From assembly GCF_009834535.1 (NCBI RefSeq), contig NC_045697.1, positions 113,090,001-113,154,000 on the forward strand: DNA of 64,000 nucleotides. Reading direction: 5' to 3'. The position numbers were made by a program, and so were the translations under genes. The stretch is from Camelus ferus. Lineage: Eukaryota. How positions within the stretch are numbered: the first letter of the stretch is position 1; the number at the start of each line of letters is the position of its first letter. Shown piece by piece: positions 13,741-27,044 of the stretch. The notes below the pieces were generated by a model. The model did not search any database, was not told the origin of the DNA, and saw nothing but the letters and a program-made list of their open reading frames with translations.

Positions 13741-14180
13741 AGAAACGTATCTGAAGAAATCAATGAGAGATGTTCAGACAGATTCATAGATAAGTAACGT
13801 AACCATTGCATCATATTTAAAAAAAGAAAAGAAGGAATAAAATAACCTAAGTGTCTAACGATATGAGATTAGTTAAATAAAATGCAGGTCAGTCATACAA
13901 AGTAGTATGTGTAGCCATTAAAGATATTTTTGGAACATTATATTTAATGTTACCCCAAAATGTTCAGATTTATAAATGAAAAAGTTTTCAAGACAATTCT
14001 GTAGTATGATTCCAGGTCTTTTAAATTGCAAATGTGAATTTATTTACACTCAGAAGAATATTCTCTGTTTTCATATTCATGATCTGTTTTATTGCTTTTT
14101 AATTATCTCAATCTAGTTTTTTTTAGAATAATTTGGGATTTAAATAAATAGATCATCTAAAAATCTAAAAAAAAAAAAAC

Positions 14181-14476
14181 GTTACCAGACAATTAGAGAC
14201 ATCCTCTCTGCCCTGGAGCCCATAAAATTATTCAAATTAGCCAACCCACAGGGAGCCTGGGAAGGCTAGCTCACCCCACCCTACTTGCCACATATAAAGT
14301 GTCACCTGCAGCTCTAGCTTGCTATTACTTGGTTTCTGAGTGCAACTCCCCTCTGTGGACCTGCCTGGCAGCCTTATCTCATTTGGAATTATAACATAAC
14401 ATCTTGCCATTTATCTACCTTAGTGTCATTATGTTGTATTCCCACCATCAAAAAGAAACTTTAGATCTTATAAAAC
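14181..14476 (+). mobile_element. ERVL-class LTR fragment (MER74/MER73-like)
   Basis: TATA-like TATAAA and the 3' end ATCAAAAAGAAACTTTAGATCTTATAAAAC. Confidence 0.55.
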
Positions 14477-14499
14477 GGAAAGATTACAGGTACAGGGAA

Positions 14500-14890
14500 T
14501 ACTGTTCATGCTTCTCTAGACCCACTCTTAACCTTTTGCACTTTGCTAAGTACCTCGGACACTGACTGGTATGGATGGCATCAATAGAGTCTCTTGCCTT
14601 CGGCCCCTAGTTGGATTCAGCTCACGGCACACACTCAGGAGACTGAGGATTCGAAGCAATTAAAGTTCAGGTACTCACTGCTGTGGCTCTTTCCCTGTAG
14701 GGCTGCTGCAGACTGGAAGTGTTCCCTCCTCCTAAGAGCTGTTATTGCTAGCTATGGGGTACTGCATTATCCCTGTCTGATTTCTCGGAATCTTGCTCAT
14801 GTCTTTGTAAAAATTCCACTTATTAGAGTAACTTCATGTACCTTGTTTTCAATACACCATCTTTGTCTTTCCAGGAACATGACTAATACA
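14500..14890 (+). mobile_element. ERVL LTR, LTR33-like
   Basis: Ends CCAGGAACATGACTAATACA, with internal LTR33-type motifs. Confidence 0.65.
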
Positions 14891-16742
14891 ATAATGCTTT
14901 AGTTATATAATTTGAACACATATTAAAATGATTAAATATTTTTGTAATACTTGGCAAATAGAATTCCAAATATTCTAAATTAGCTTTTCCTAAGCAGTTT
15001 TCCTTGGTACTCTAAGGATGCATAAGATTCGAATAAGTATTGTTTTTAAAATGGGAAATTTATTTTGGAAATATACTGACTAGTATTTCACAAAAGGGTA
15101 TTAGCATACCTAAAAAAAAAACTTGCCCCAAAAGAGCTCTAAATGATTTCCTAATGTTAGGTATACAATATTCCTCCTTCTTGGCTATTGTTGTAAGTTT
15201 GCTGGTGTTTAGTTGTTTAAAAATAAAGCTTTCTCTCTACTAAAATATAGAAACATAATAGCTATCACATATGTTAGGGGCTAGCTTTATAATGATGGTA
15301 TTAAATACATTTTCTCTGTATTAATCCATCCAACATCACATTTTACAAATGGGACTCAGTGAAAATAAATTGTACAAATATGGCTAGTGATTAAGTAGTG
15401 GAAAAGGATTCAACCTTATTTCTGTTTGATTCTGAAGACTATCCTATAATGTAGCTTCAATTTTAAGAGAAATCTTTAAAATTTTCTTTCTGAATGTGAA
15501 ATTAAGTCCAAACTATTTCAATATTCAAGGTTTTTTTTTTTTTGTAGATTTGGATCATTTCTAAGCCCACTCCTTTTTGCTATTCTTTTTTATTCAAAAG
15601 GAAAACGAATATTGAATTTAACAGAAAATATAAGGGCAACAAAATGATTAAGTATCCAGATTTTGCCAACTGACTGTTGGCATTATTATTCCCCAAGCCT
15701 TGTTATCCAGGCTTCTTTAAATAATTTAATGTGAAATGAGACTCTTAAGATACACAGCTGTTTTAGCTTGTGGTACTTATATATTAACTATTAATTGCTA
15801 TTAATTGATTGGGTTGATATTAATAGCACCTATTAATTGATATTAACTGATATTAGGCAGAAAATTTAATATAAAGAATAACTTAAAAATAGTAGTCTCA
15901 GATCAGATTTGTCAAAATTTACAACAGCCACCAAAATTTACATCAGGAAATGGAAAACTTTTTGCAAAGTTTCTTCTTCTGTTTGCTGAGACTCTGATGG
16001 GGTTAAATATCAGACAAGTGCCTGTCTTGCTTGTGACTAATCAAGGTCCATAAATATTTTAATTTACTTCTGTATCCACTTGTCCTCTTGTGAGGACATG
16101 GATAGCCCGCCATCACCTGACCATTGTGAATGGAAAAATACAGGAACCAAAGGTCAAATTCAGAACTATGTTTCTTTTGGACACCAGTAGCTGATCTACT
16201 TTGCTCGCGAAGCTAGATCCCAACTTAAGCTTCTCATCTACCATACTGTGTATCTATGTCTCAGAAAATGTATTTTTCCCTCTTTCACTAACTCTTACGT
16301 TTAATCAAGCCTAGCCTGATGCATCCTTTCTCTTACCTATCTATTTATGTCTACCTTGTGGATCTCTCTTTTCTACTGCATTTTAAACAGAAGCCAACGA
16401 TGTAACTCATTTCCAACACTCCTTAATTAACTTCCAGTTGACCTTCCCATCAAGGAGTCACCACAGTGACCTGAATAAAGCACTTAGTCATGCTAATTCA
16501 ATATTCTCCTGAATTAGGCTGAATCTGTCTTCGGTGAAATTTGATGCAAGAACATTGCATGTATAGAAGCGTTTCTGTAGTCTCCACACTCTTACTGTAG
16601 AGTAATTTTGGATTCAGTAACAAAGTTTAATATTTACTTTGCTGCCTCTATTTCTTCCACTGAGTTGAAGATGTAGAATAAGCTGTCCAGAAGCTGTGAA
16701 TCTAAATTTCTAGTTCTCACCAAGTCCCCATTTCCACTAAGG

Positions 16743-17520
16743 GTTTTTTTTTTTAAAACACCTTTATTGTGGTATGGTTCCTGTACAGTAAACTACACAT
16801 ATTTCAGATGTACACTTTGATGAACTCTGATAGATGTATACACCCAAGAAACCATCACTACAATCAAGATAGCTAACATTTCCATCACTTCCCAAAAGGT
16901 GCAAATTTCAAATTCCCAATTTATCCTTCCACCTCTTTTACCCCCTGGGAACCATAAGTTTGTTCTCTAAGTCTGTGAGTCTGTTTCTGTTTTGTAGACA
17001 AGTTCATCTGTGTCCTTTTTAAAGATTCCATGTGTAAGCAATATCATATGGTATTTTTCTTTCTCTTCCTGACTTACTTCATTTAGAATGACAATCTCCA
17101 GGTCCATCTATGTTGCTGCAAATGACACTATTTTATTCTTTTTTATGGCTGAGTAGTATTCCATTGTATATATATACCATATCTTCTTTATTCAGGCATT
17201 TGTTGATGGACATTTGGGTTGTTTCCATGTCTTGGCTATTGTAAATAGTGCTGCTGTGAACATTGGGGTGCATGTGTCTTTTTGAATTATATTTTTCTCT
17301 GGATATATGTCCAGGAGTGGGATTGATGGAACATAGAGTAAGTTTATTTTTGATTCTTTCAAGGAACCTCCAAACTGTCTTCCATAGTGGCTGCATCAAT
17401 TTACATTCCCACCAGCAGTGTAAGAGGGTTCCCTTTTCTCCACACCCTCTCCAGCATATATTGTTTGTGGACTTTTTAGTGATGGCCATTCTGACTGGTG
17501 TGAGGTGATATCTCATTGTA
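16743..17520 (-). mobile_element. Composite L1 insertion (ORF2 C-terminus and young 3'UTR joined to an older L1MB/MC-type tail)
   Basis: ORF2 Cys-rich domain [10 protein letters not shown]...[29 protein letters not shown](G)TTTT at 16735 and 17521. Confidence 0.88.
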
Positions 17521-18764
17521 CACTAAGGTTTTCTATAAGCTTAGTTTGACAATTGCCAAATCTGATCTCTTTTTTTTTTTTTTTGGATTAAGGATTAGCG
17601 TTTCTGTCCTCCCCAGATGGTTATTATATAGCCAAGGAATGAAAACTAAGAGAAGAACTCTCTGTTGACGATACGATGTCACAGCTGTGCTGGATTAGAA
17701 GAGAATTAAAAATTGATCATTTTATTAGCATGTGGGTCCTATTAGAATTTCCCCAAGATCATATTCAGAGATATTAACATGTCAATAAAAGGTAGAATTC
17801 ATTAGAACATGCTTTCCAGAAGTTCAGATAAACCAACATACACAAGGTTTTCATTTATTCAACATTCCACTATATGCCAGGCATTTATTTCCCACAAAAG
17901 ACTCATTATATACCCAAATGTCTGGGTATGAAGTGTATGTTGTCTTTTTTTTTTTTTTTTTCATACCAAGCATTCACTTTTGAACTTTAGGTTCTGATAT
18001 ATCAGAATGTGAAGAAAATTTAATGGGTAAACATAAATTCAATCTCACCACTTCGGTAGACTTTCACTTTTCTAATTACATTAACCTAGGTTGTCTCTTT
18101 CTCCTACCCTTTTCTTACCTTACTTAAAAGTGAGAAACAAACAGGAATTTGGGGAAAAGATAAAAAGACCATGTTTTGTAGAAGCTTAAACTGGATAAAC
18201 TATACAGACAAGGACAGAGTAATGTTGAACCTTGTCTGCAAAGTTTCATCCCCCAGTTTGGGTCCCTCTTAAAACCAGACTCCCATCTATTGTAAGAGAA
18301 GCAATTTAATAGGGGTCAATATGATTTTGAACCTAATTATGAGCTTTCACATCACAAGATCATCAGGAAATTTTATATCAGGAAAAAATATTTAGTCACA
18401 TTAAAACTGACATGTTTTTGAAATAATTTTGAAAGCAATATATACTTAATAGTATTTCATGCACTGAAATACTGAGAAAATTGTAGAAATCAAAAGCAAT
18501 TATCCAAAACAGTTATCCATTGAAGTTTCCTACTTCAAATAGCCCTGCCCAGACTCGAGTTCCAGAACTAGCAACAGATTATAAAAATGTCCTTAATTCT
18601 CTGGAGAACCCTCATCACATTCCTCTAAGATGCTGTAATGACACTGCTTTACATATATTTGCTCAGAATCTTTTCTATTTGCATATAATTTTAGTCTTTT
18701 AAATGAAATCACAGATTCTCACTTAAAATGTACAACTCTGCAGCTCAGGCAAAAAAGGAGTCTC

Positions 18765-19450
18765 AACTCTATTTTCAGTTTTTTTGAGGAAACTCCATCC
18801 TGTTTTCCAGAGTGGCTGTATCAGTTTACATTCCCACCAACACTTCAGAAGGGTTCCCTTTTCTCCACATCCTCGCCAGCAATGATTACTTCTTCTTTCT
18901 CTCTCTCCTTTTTTTTTTTTTAAACTGAAGTGTAGTCAGTACTTACAATGTGCCAATCTCTGGTGTACAGCATAATGTTTCAGTCATATGTATACATACA
19001 TATATTTATTTTCATATTCTTTTTCATTATAGGTTATTACAAAATATTGAATATAGTTCCCTATGCTAGACAGAAGAAATTTGTTTTTATTCATTTTATA
19101 TATGGTGGTTGTATCTGCACATCTCAAACTCCCAATTTATTCTTTCCTACCCCATTTCCCCAGGTAACCATAAATTTGTTTACTATGTCTGTGAGTCTGT
19201 TTCTGTTTTGTAGATAAGTTCATTAGCATCTTCTTTTCTTTTATTTCTTTTTTTTTTTTTTCGATTCTACATATGAGTGATATCATATGGTATTTTTCTC
19301 TTTCTGGCTTACTTCACCTAGAATGACAATCTCCATGTCCATCCATGTTGCTGCAAATGGCATTATTTTATTCTTTTTATGGCTGAGTAGTATTCCATTG
19401 TAGAAAAATACCATAGCTTTTTGATAATAGCCATTCTAATAGTTGACAGT
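18765..19450 (-). mobile_element. L1 ORF2 fragment interrupted by a younger L1 3' end (~18905-19415)
   Basis: Antisense ORF2 sequence resumes at TTGATAATAGCCATTCTAA after the poly-T-tailed younger L1. Confidence 0.8.
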
Positions 19451-19751
19451 ATGATCTTTACTAGCATTTTGGTAATGTGAATTTCCCTTTATGAAAAGAT
19501 TAACTCTGCTTATTAATATCTATTATTCTGTCTACTAAAAGGATCTTTCTTATTTATTTAAAAGAGTAAATTTTTTAGTATTATGAAATTAAAGATGTAG
19601 TTAAACATGGTTTTTTTTTTACCTTGGTTCTTCCTCTTGGTGCCTATCTTTTGGCTGTTCCACTGCTTATTGTGCAGGTGACAATTCCTAATCTTTGGTT
19701 CAGAGATACTCTTGAGTTGATGATTTATGTGTAATTTTTATTTTTTCTTCT

Positions 19752-19850
19752 GGTTTATTATTGGTTTTTTAAATAGACATACTGGGAATTGAATTTAGGA
19801 CCCTGATCATGCTAAGCATATGCTCTACCACTGAGCGATAGCCTCCACCT
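19752..19850 (-). mobile_element. tRNA-Ala-derived SINE (vic-1-like), short form
   Basis: TACTGGGAATTGAATTTAGGACCCTGATCATGCTAAGCATATGCTCTACCACTGAGC. Confidence 0.85.
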
Positions 19851-20122
19851 TCCTCTTCTTATTTAAATCTTATCATTATTTCTCCTTGCTCTTGGGAAAA
19901 TTTCCCAACCCCATAATATAACTCAAGCTCATCTAATATTTAGCTGCCAACCACATCCTGGCCTCATCTCCTGCTACACCTTTGTTGTAACTTGTGGACA
20001 TTTCCCAAGAATCATGGACACATCTCTCAGTACTAATAATTCACAATGAGTCAACAGCCTTCTTGGACTTGACAAAGCCTCAACTTAGGAGAACCAGAAT
20101 GAGTAGCAATTGTAGTGGCTAT

Positions 20123-20984
20123 TGTTGAAAACTGGCACCTCAAATATAACTAGTACAACCTATTGATATGACAAGGCTGAATTTATTGCTTACTGCAGGA
20201 AGGAACATCATCTCTGCAGAACATTGGAAGTGTCTTGGAGAGAGGGAAGTGTGTTAATTAGTTAGGGCTACTGGAACATAGTACAACAAATTCAGAGGCT
20301 TACATAGCAGAAATTTATTGTTTCACAGTTCTGGAAGCTAGAAGTCTGAGATTAGGGTATGGACAAAGTTGTTTCCTTCTGAAAGCTGTGAGGACGCATC
20401 TGCTCCTTTTATCTCTCCTAGTTTCTGGGGTTCAGAGTTCCTCAACTTATAAACCTATCACCTCCATCTCTGCCTTCATGTTTACATGGCATTCTCCCCG
20501 TGTGCATCTTTCCTTCAACTTTCTCTTATATAAGAACATCCATCATACTGGACTGGAGCCCACCCTAATGACCTCATTTTAACTTGATTACCTTGGTAAA
20601 GACACTATCTCCAAGTACAGTTAAATACAGAGGTACTAGGGGTTAGAACTTCAATATATGAACTTAGGTGGGCTTCAATTCAACCCATGACAAAAAAAAT
20701 AAGGTCAAAACTTATTGAATCTTTTTAAGGTGAGTGTTTCAATGTGGGGGACTAGATTGGGATTGTATAGGGTCAAAGTATAATAGTCCAGGAATGGAGG
20801 GAATGTCAAGGCAAGGTCTTTGAGGTGTAACTTTGAAGATGATGGCTTCCATTGAAGATTTGATGGGTCTTTCAAGAAGTTCATAGGTGAAAAGTCAAAC
20901 TCTTTGGTTGGGCCAAAGACTCTGAGAAAGATAAAGTAATTCTAATGGAGACAGTGGAGTAGAAGAGCCATGTTATTGTTGGCA
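20123..20984 (-). mobile_element. Old ERV1-type LTR (MER89/MER110-like) split by an MLT1 insertion
   Basis: TG...CA ends, antisense AATAAA (TTTATT near 20182), and sequence continuing on both sides of the MLT1. Confidence 0.5.
20250..20692 (-). mobile_element. MaLR LTR (MLT1A/B-like)
   Basis: AGAAATTTATTGTTTCACAGTTCTGGAAGCTAGAAGTCTGAGAT...GGTACTAGGGGTTAGAACTTCAA...CCCATGACA. Confidence 0.85.
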
Positions 20985-21002
20985 TTTGTGGGACAGTAGT
21001 AT

Positions 21003-21608
21003 TGCTACCAGAGTTGCCACCAGACCCTGCTCAAAACTCACTCACCCTTCCCTTGAACATGAACTAACATATATCTTTAATTTACAGGGTATGGACACAA
21101 AGAAAGGAAGTTATAGGAAGAGAAAAAGTCCAGATAGCACCAGCTAGAACCAAGATGGAGACAAATCTGACCTCCAAAAGTCCCTGAGTCTCATACCATG
21201 TTGATTACATTAGCATGGTAATTGACACACCTACTGGTGGGCGTGACTGGGAGTCATTTGTCAAAAACGACAGAAAAGAGGTGGTACCCTATTTCCAGAA
21301 AAGCTTTGCCTCTTTCCCAGAAAACTAAAGTATATGCTTCCCCATCATGAATCTCACTCTTACCCCCATTTTCCTTACCCCTTAAAAGCAAATCTCTGTC
21401 ACCCTTAAGGTGAGAAGTTGATCTGTGAACTAAATTCTCCCTTCTCCATTCTGTGGCCATTGGATAGATCTTGAGCTGCTTCCATCTCAACTTCAGTTTT
21501 GTTTTTGACTGTGTGAACTTGAATGGGAAAAGAACCTTCCCCAATGAGGCAGGGGCCCTCAGTTAGGCTACAGCCCAAGGTGAGGTTCATATGATCTAAT
21601 TTGGTAAG
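21003..21608 (+). mobile_element. ERV1-type solo LTR (family A; relatives at 24165 and 54374)
   Basis: Shares GAGAAGTTGAT(C/T)TGTGAACTAA...TGGCC and terminal sequences with the two minus-strand copies. Confidence 0.8.
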
Positions 21609-22185
21609 TTTCAATTCTCAGTTTTGCAGTGAGTGTGGGCAAATACCTTCAGTTCTCACTCTGAAGACTAAATTTTCAGGGAAGCAACCACCTCATTACA
21701 CAGAGAAAAAAATTTTAAACTATTTAGCTTGGGAAAATGCTTGTGTAAGCAGACTTTATTTAAAATACTTTATTTAATTATGGAAAAGGATTATGTCAAG
21801 TTTACTCCCTAAGGATTAACAGGAAATCCATTTCCATTAGAGTAGGCACAATCCAAAAATTCAAAAAAAGAGAAAAACACTTTTACAGCTACTTCTGTGG
21901 ATTACTTTCTGACTGATTACCAGAGGCTTCCAGCTGTATTTGTTAATCCCCATTAACTAAAAACCTTGAATTGCGTCTGTTGCCATATGCTAAACTCTGA
22001 AGCAAACCACTTTATAGCATCACTTCATGATTGATCAAATATGTGTCTCTTTTCTCTCTTCAATTAATGGGAATTGGAGAATCTAAATTTTCAGTGCTGG
22101 TCTTAAATCAGCAGTTACCCAAAATATGTTCTACTGATGCAATCAGTTTCAATATTTAAAAAGAAATAAAAATCCTCAGTGACTC

Positions 22186-22748
22186 TGTTACCTAATGCAA
22201 GTTCATGTACCTGACACACAGTGAGGCCAAAGAAACCAAACTATCAGAACGTGGGGCAGAGAAAGTTTGTTGCAGGGCAAAGTAAGGAGAATGGGTAACT
22301 CATGCTCAAAATCCCCGAACCCTCTCATGGTTTTGGGGAGAAGTATTTATAGGAAAAATTTGGGGTGAGAGTTGCAGGGTGTGTGACTTTCTTCTGATTG
22401 GTTGGTGGTGAGGTCACAGGGCGGTGCTCCAGGAATTTGGTGCGCAGCCTGAAGTTACCATCTTCCACCTGGATGGGGGCCTAAATTCCTGCAGAAGAAC
22501 TCAAAGGTATTGTTAAGTGCATTTCTTGAGAAGGAACCAGGGCTATGCTTTATCACTGTACTATTGTTCTTGACTGCTCCTCCCTTGTCTCTGCATTCCC
22601 TCCCTTCTCTGATTAGCAACTGTTTAAATCTGCCCTTTGAAACTCAGAGAAAGTCTAGGAGGCTGAAGTCTTTTCCTGCAAATAAGAAATGGGGGACATG
22701 GAAAGGATTTGTACTTGGGAGGTCCGCCCAGGGTCCTGCTCTGTTTCA
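22186..22748 (-). mobile_element. ERV1-type solo LTR (family B)
   Basis: TGTTA...TTTCA ends with a perfect 4-bp TSD ACTC; homologous to 26064-26630. Confidence 0.9.
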
Positions 22749-22832
22749 ACTCCTCACAGTCTAGAGCTTTGTTCTGTGGAAGACTAGCATCATTGGGGAT
22801 ATTAACTACTAGTTTGTACAATGTTCTCAAAG

Positions 22833-23476
22833 TTTTACCCCAAACTTGGGTTTGCTTCTTGGTGGGTGCCGAGCCAAAAGATATAACCAAGACATAGATC
22901 AAGAGAAGGGGTGGTTTATTACTTGCAGGAAGTAAAGAGAACACCAGAGGTCTTTCTCAAAGCAGTGTCACCCTGAATAGCAATACCGGGAAAGTTTTAA
23001 GCAAACGGTATAGACATACTCATGAAGGGGCTTGAGCGGAGGAGAATTCAGTATAGAATTAGGGCAAAGATTGACAGAGTCCACGCTTTAGTTGATTGAA
23101 GTCACCAGTCAGAAAAGGTCAACATCATCATTCCTCAAGTTCTAGTTGATCTGGTGGTTGAGCATTTGAGGGGGTTTGAATTTTGCAAAACAACTCAAGA
23201 AAGTGCTTTGGGCTAATCTTTACCATTGAAACAGAGCTGGGAGTCTTAGAACTGATGTATTATCTTTGCTATTGTTACTTCTATTGCCTGATAACAGTCA
23301 TTTATTTCTGCATTCTTTTGTTCCCTCAAGATCATTAATTACTGAGACCTGTTTAAGGGGCAGGCATGGTGGCCAGGCTTAGATCACTAAGTGGCTTCGA
23401 CCTAAAATGGCTTCTTTAAGGTCAAGAAAGACATGCCTGGTTCTCTTTCTCTAGAAACTTCCCCTATCTGCTTACA
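22833..23476 (-). mobile_element. ERV1-type solo LTR
   Basis: Ends ...TTACA, 4-bp TSD AAAG, antisense AATAAA near 22915. Confidence 0.85.
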
Positions 23477-23810
23477 AAAGATCAAATAAATTTAGAGAAA
23501 ATTAGATCAAACAAAGTGAAAAAACTTTCTTAACTGTAGGTGATCACAGAACTTTTAACATGCTAATAGATATTGTGAACCTTTAAAATAGGGTATGGCA
23601 CCTCTTAAACTTTTCCTCTCCAGGTCCCCCCTTTTAAACAGAACATCCTATGGGCTAGGTGCTTTTCATTCCCGACAAGAAAATGAGCACTGGTGAACAC
23701 TGCCTTAGTTTAATATATCAGCCAACCACCATTTTTCTTCCCTATTTTGTACTTAAAAATGTAACCTCTCATATTCCCCTCCCAATACATCCATTAATGC
23801 AATTTAAATC

Positions 23811-24814
23811 TATCAATAAAAAAAAATTATCAGTTGATCTAAGAAAAAAATTGAAAATTTTATTCCAGCCAAATTGAGGATTATAACAGCTTCTCTGGAA
23901 GCTTCAAGAACTGTTCCATCTGTTAGAGGTCAAAGCAGAAACAGAGGCAGAAGGACTGTGCATTAAATGATGTATTATTGACAGTTTACATAATTTAGAT
24001 TTACAAAGTGAGTCGGTCATGGGTCACTGTGGCCCCTATAAGATTAAGAAAGAAGGTTATCCCCTAAGGAGATCTGGTTAATGCAGGTGCATGATATACT
24101 AAAGAGGTGGGGGGAGAAGACCCAAAAGAGCAAAGAAAATTTTATGTTTAAATTGTTCTCATCTTGTTATCAAATTGGTTGACTGGACCCATGCTGGGGT
24201 CCTAGCCCAGGCTGAGACCCCTTGTCCCTGCAAGGGAGGTTCTTTTTCTGCTTGGATTCATGCAGCCAATAATGAAGCAGATCCTGAGACTGGAACAGCC
24301 CAGGTTCTATTCAACGGCCAAAGAATGAAGAAGAGGGAACTTAGTTCACAAATCAACTTCTCAACCCAACTCCAGCAGAGACCCCAAATACATAGGAGGG
24401 TCAAGTAAAAGGGAGGGAATTTGAAAGAGTGGGAGAAATATTTATGACTTAACCGAGAACAGTGGTGTGGTTTGGACCCAAAACGAATGCAGCTCCCTTT
24501 CTCAGTCCTTGTACGGGCTTTTCTGGTTGTCTTCATGGCAACTGTCAACTGTGCTGGTGCTGGTAGGTGCGTCATTTAGCAGCTAATGCAGCACAGTGAG
24601 AGTATAACGAGGCTGAGGGTCTAGTGGAAATCAAGTCCTCCGCCATCCTGGGCCTGGTAGGTTCTAACCAGTTCTCATTTTTTTCTCTTTGCAGCTTCCC
24701 CTTGAAACTTAGATAAAAGCAATCAGTTTCCATTCAAGGGAGGGGCAGGGGAATGATTCTGGGGCAACAGCCTTGGTAACAGTCTTATCACAAAATTTGA
24801 ATTTTATTTTGTCA
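23811..24814 (-). mobile_element. MER41-like ERV1 solo LTR interrupted by another LTR
   Basis: Antisense AATAAA near 23860, end ...TGTCA, near-TSD AATC/GATC. Confidence 0.7.
24165..24781 (-). mobile_element. ERV1-type solo LTR (family A), nested in the previous LTR
   Basis: TGTTA...TAACA ends, near-TSD ATCT/GTCT; aligns end to end with 54374-54976. Confidence 0.9.
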
Positions 24815-25048
24815 GATCTTTTATAGAAAATTGGGCTAACTGGTGTTCTTCTGAAAAGGCCGGAAGCACACTTCTTTAATACCAAAAATTCAGTGTGGAT
24901 TCTTCTTACGAATCATTCACATACATCTTTTCAAATGTCCACTAACGAAATGTTTATTGTTTATTGCCCTAGTGTTTCTCATTTTGTGACGCTGTTCAAG
25001 ACTCAGGCTTTCCAAGGACTTCTGATCCTCTGAAGACACATTTTCTCT

Positions 25049-25742
25049 TGTTGGGCAATATAATTAAAAACAAAATCTTCTCCCAATTCAAAAAACCTCT
25101 CCGGGAAAGTAGAAAAGAAAGAAAACAAGTTTCTTATTGAATAAGCACATTAAACCAGAATGGGAGAGATATCCCAGGCAGTCAGCTAAAAAATTGCAAA
25201 GATTGAAAGGAATCTCACTTTTTGTATAGCTAAGCAGATTCAAGTCATTGGATACACGTTCTCAAAATAAACAATAATTAGTCTTCAAGGAAAAGGATTT
25301 GACAACACCATTTGGCACACAGTCCATCCTAAATTCATTTGGGAGTTGGGGTGGCCATTTATGTTAGCTAATTCGCTCTATCCAAAGAAAAAAATCTCGT
25401 ATTTTTATGACAGAAGGTAGTTCTGAGTTGGTTGCTCAAGCCTGGTTCCTCTCCTCCCACAGAAACAGGAGGTAGGGGCTCTCCATTCCTGGGTGATTAC
25501 GTTTCAAAGGGATGTTTCCTAGTCCTTAAGAAAGCTATTTCTGTGCTGAAAGCTGGCAAGAGACTTATTTAGCTTTAAAAAGATTTACATACTTTTCAAA
25601 GGGTCAGAGATAGAAGTCACAATTTCAGGTTCTTTTTTTTTTTTTTTAAGTAAATACCTTAAGAGAGAGAGGGAAGGGCTCTTTCCTTATTTTCGACAGG
25701 GAGAATTAAGCCTCTTATTTTTAATTTGTATTTTTTCTTCCA
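25049..25742 (-). mobile_element. MER34-like ERV1 solo LTR
   Basis: TGTTGGGCAATATAATTAAAAACAAAATCTTCTCCCAA start; related plus-strand copy at 55070. Confidence 0.75.
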
Positions 25743-26063
25743 GTTTCAGCAGATGGCCTCCTGTTTCTTACCAGATAAATATGGTCTCTTTACTGTTTTT
25801 TCTTGGCATTGATAAAGGACCTGGCTGTACATGCTTCTAAACTATTTCTAAGTTTGGAAAGCAAATATTTCATTATCCCATAATGGAAACAATCATGATC
25901 TCAATTTGTCTACTACCATTAAATCTTTGAAACACTTTTAGGCTAATTATTTCAACTGACCTTATTACTACTCAGAGGCAGATAACTGATACTCTTTTTC
26001 ACGTGGGGTAAAAATAAAAATGCCAAACGTAGTGATTTAAATATAACTAAGATTATCTAATAT

Positions 26064-26630
26064 TGAAATAGAGCAAGACCCTGTGGGACCCTCCATTGCA
26101 AATCCTTTCTATCCCACATTTCTCTTTTGTAGGAACTGAGCTTCATTCAGCCTCCTTGAACTTCCCTGAATTCCAAAGGGGAGAGTCAAACAGTTGCTAA
26201 TCAGGGAAGGGAGGGAAGGCAGAAACAAGGGAGGAACAGTCAAGGAACAATAGTGTAGCCTAGGGGCAGGGTCCTGGTTCCTTATGAATGAGTATTTGTA
26301 ACAATACTTTGGAATTCTTCTGCAAGAACTAAGGTCCCCACCCAGGTGGAGGATGGCAACTTCAGGCCGACCACAAGATTCCTGGAGCCCTGAGCTGTGA
26401 CCTCACCACCAACCAATCAGTGGAATGTTACACACCCTGCAGATCACACCCCAAATTTTGCCTATAAAAACTCCCCAAAAACTATCAGGGGTTTGGGTTT
26501 TTTTTTTAAGTATGAGCCATCCATTCTCCTTGCTTTGCCCTGTAATAAGCCTTTCTCTGCTCCAGACTCCAATATTTTGGTTTATTTAGTTTCACTGTGC
26601 TCCAAGCACACAGACTTTTTTTTGGTGACA
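26064..26630 (+). mobile_element. ERV1-type solo LTR (family B)
   Basis: TGAAA...TGACA ends, TSD ATAT, CCAAT (~26414) and TATAAAA (~26463). Confidence 0.9.
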
Positions 26631-26774
26631 ATATTGGTGGCAGCATGATGTAGTGGGAAAAGTATGAATGAGATTTGGGAGCTCTCAAAGCCAAAAGAAA
26701 CTCTGGATTGACATTTGAAACTTAGTTGATGGCAAAAAGGAATCCATTGTATCTTGGATTATTTGAAAAAGGAA

Positions 26775-27020
26775 GGGATAAATTGGGAGTTTGAGATTTG
26801 CAGGTACTAACTACTATATACAAAATAGATAAACAATAAGTTTATACTGTATAGCACAGGGAACTATGTTCAATATCTTGTAGTAACTTATGGTTAAAAA
26901 GAATATGAAAATGAATATATGTATGTTCCTATATGACTGAAGTATTGTGCTGTACACCAGAAATTAACACAACAATGTAAACTGATAATATTTCAATAAA
27001 AATATATTAAAAAAAAAAAA
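26775..27020 (+). mobile_element. Young artiodactyl/camelid L1 3' tail
   Basis: GGATAAATTGGGAGTTTGAGATTTGCAG...AATAAA plus poly-A; AAAGGAA on both flanks. Confidence 0.88.
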
Positions 27021-27044
27021 GCAAAGGAATGAAATTTATCCTAT

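Noticed and set aside
17133..17516. 127-aa Cys-rich ORF
   Set aside because: It is a frameshifted L1 ORF2 C-terminus.
1..20000. Expected syntenic neighbours of NPY5R (TKTL2, TMA16 in human)
   Set aside because: No transketolase-like or other host coding sequence is visible in any frame; they presumably lie outside the window.
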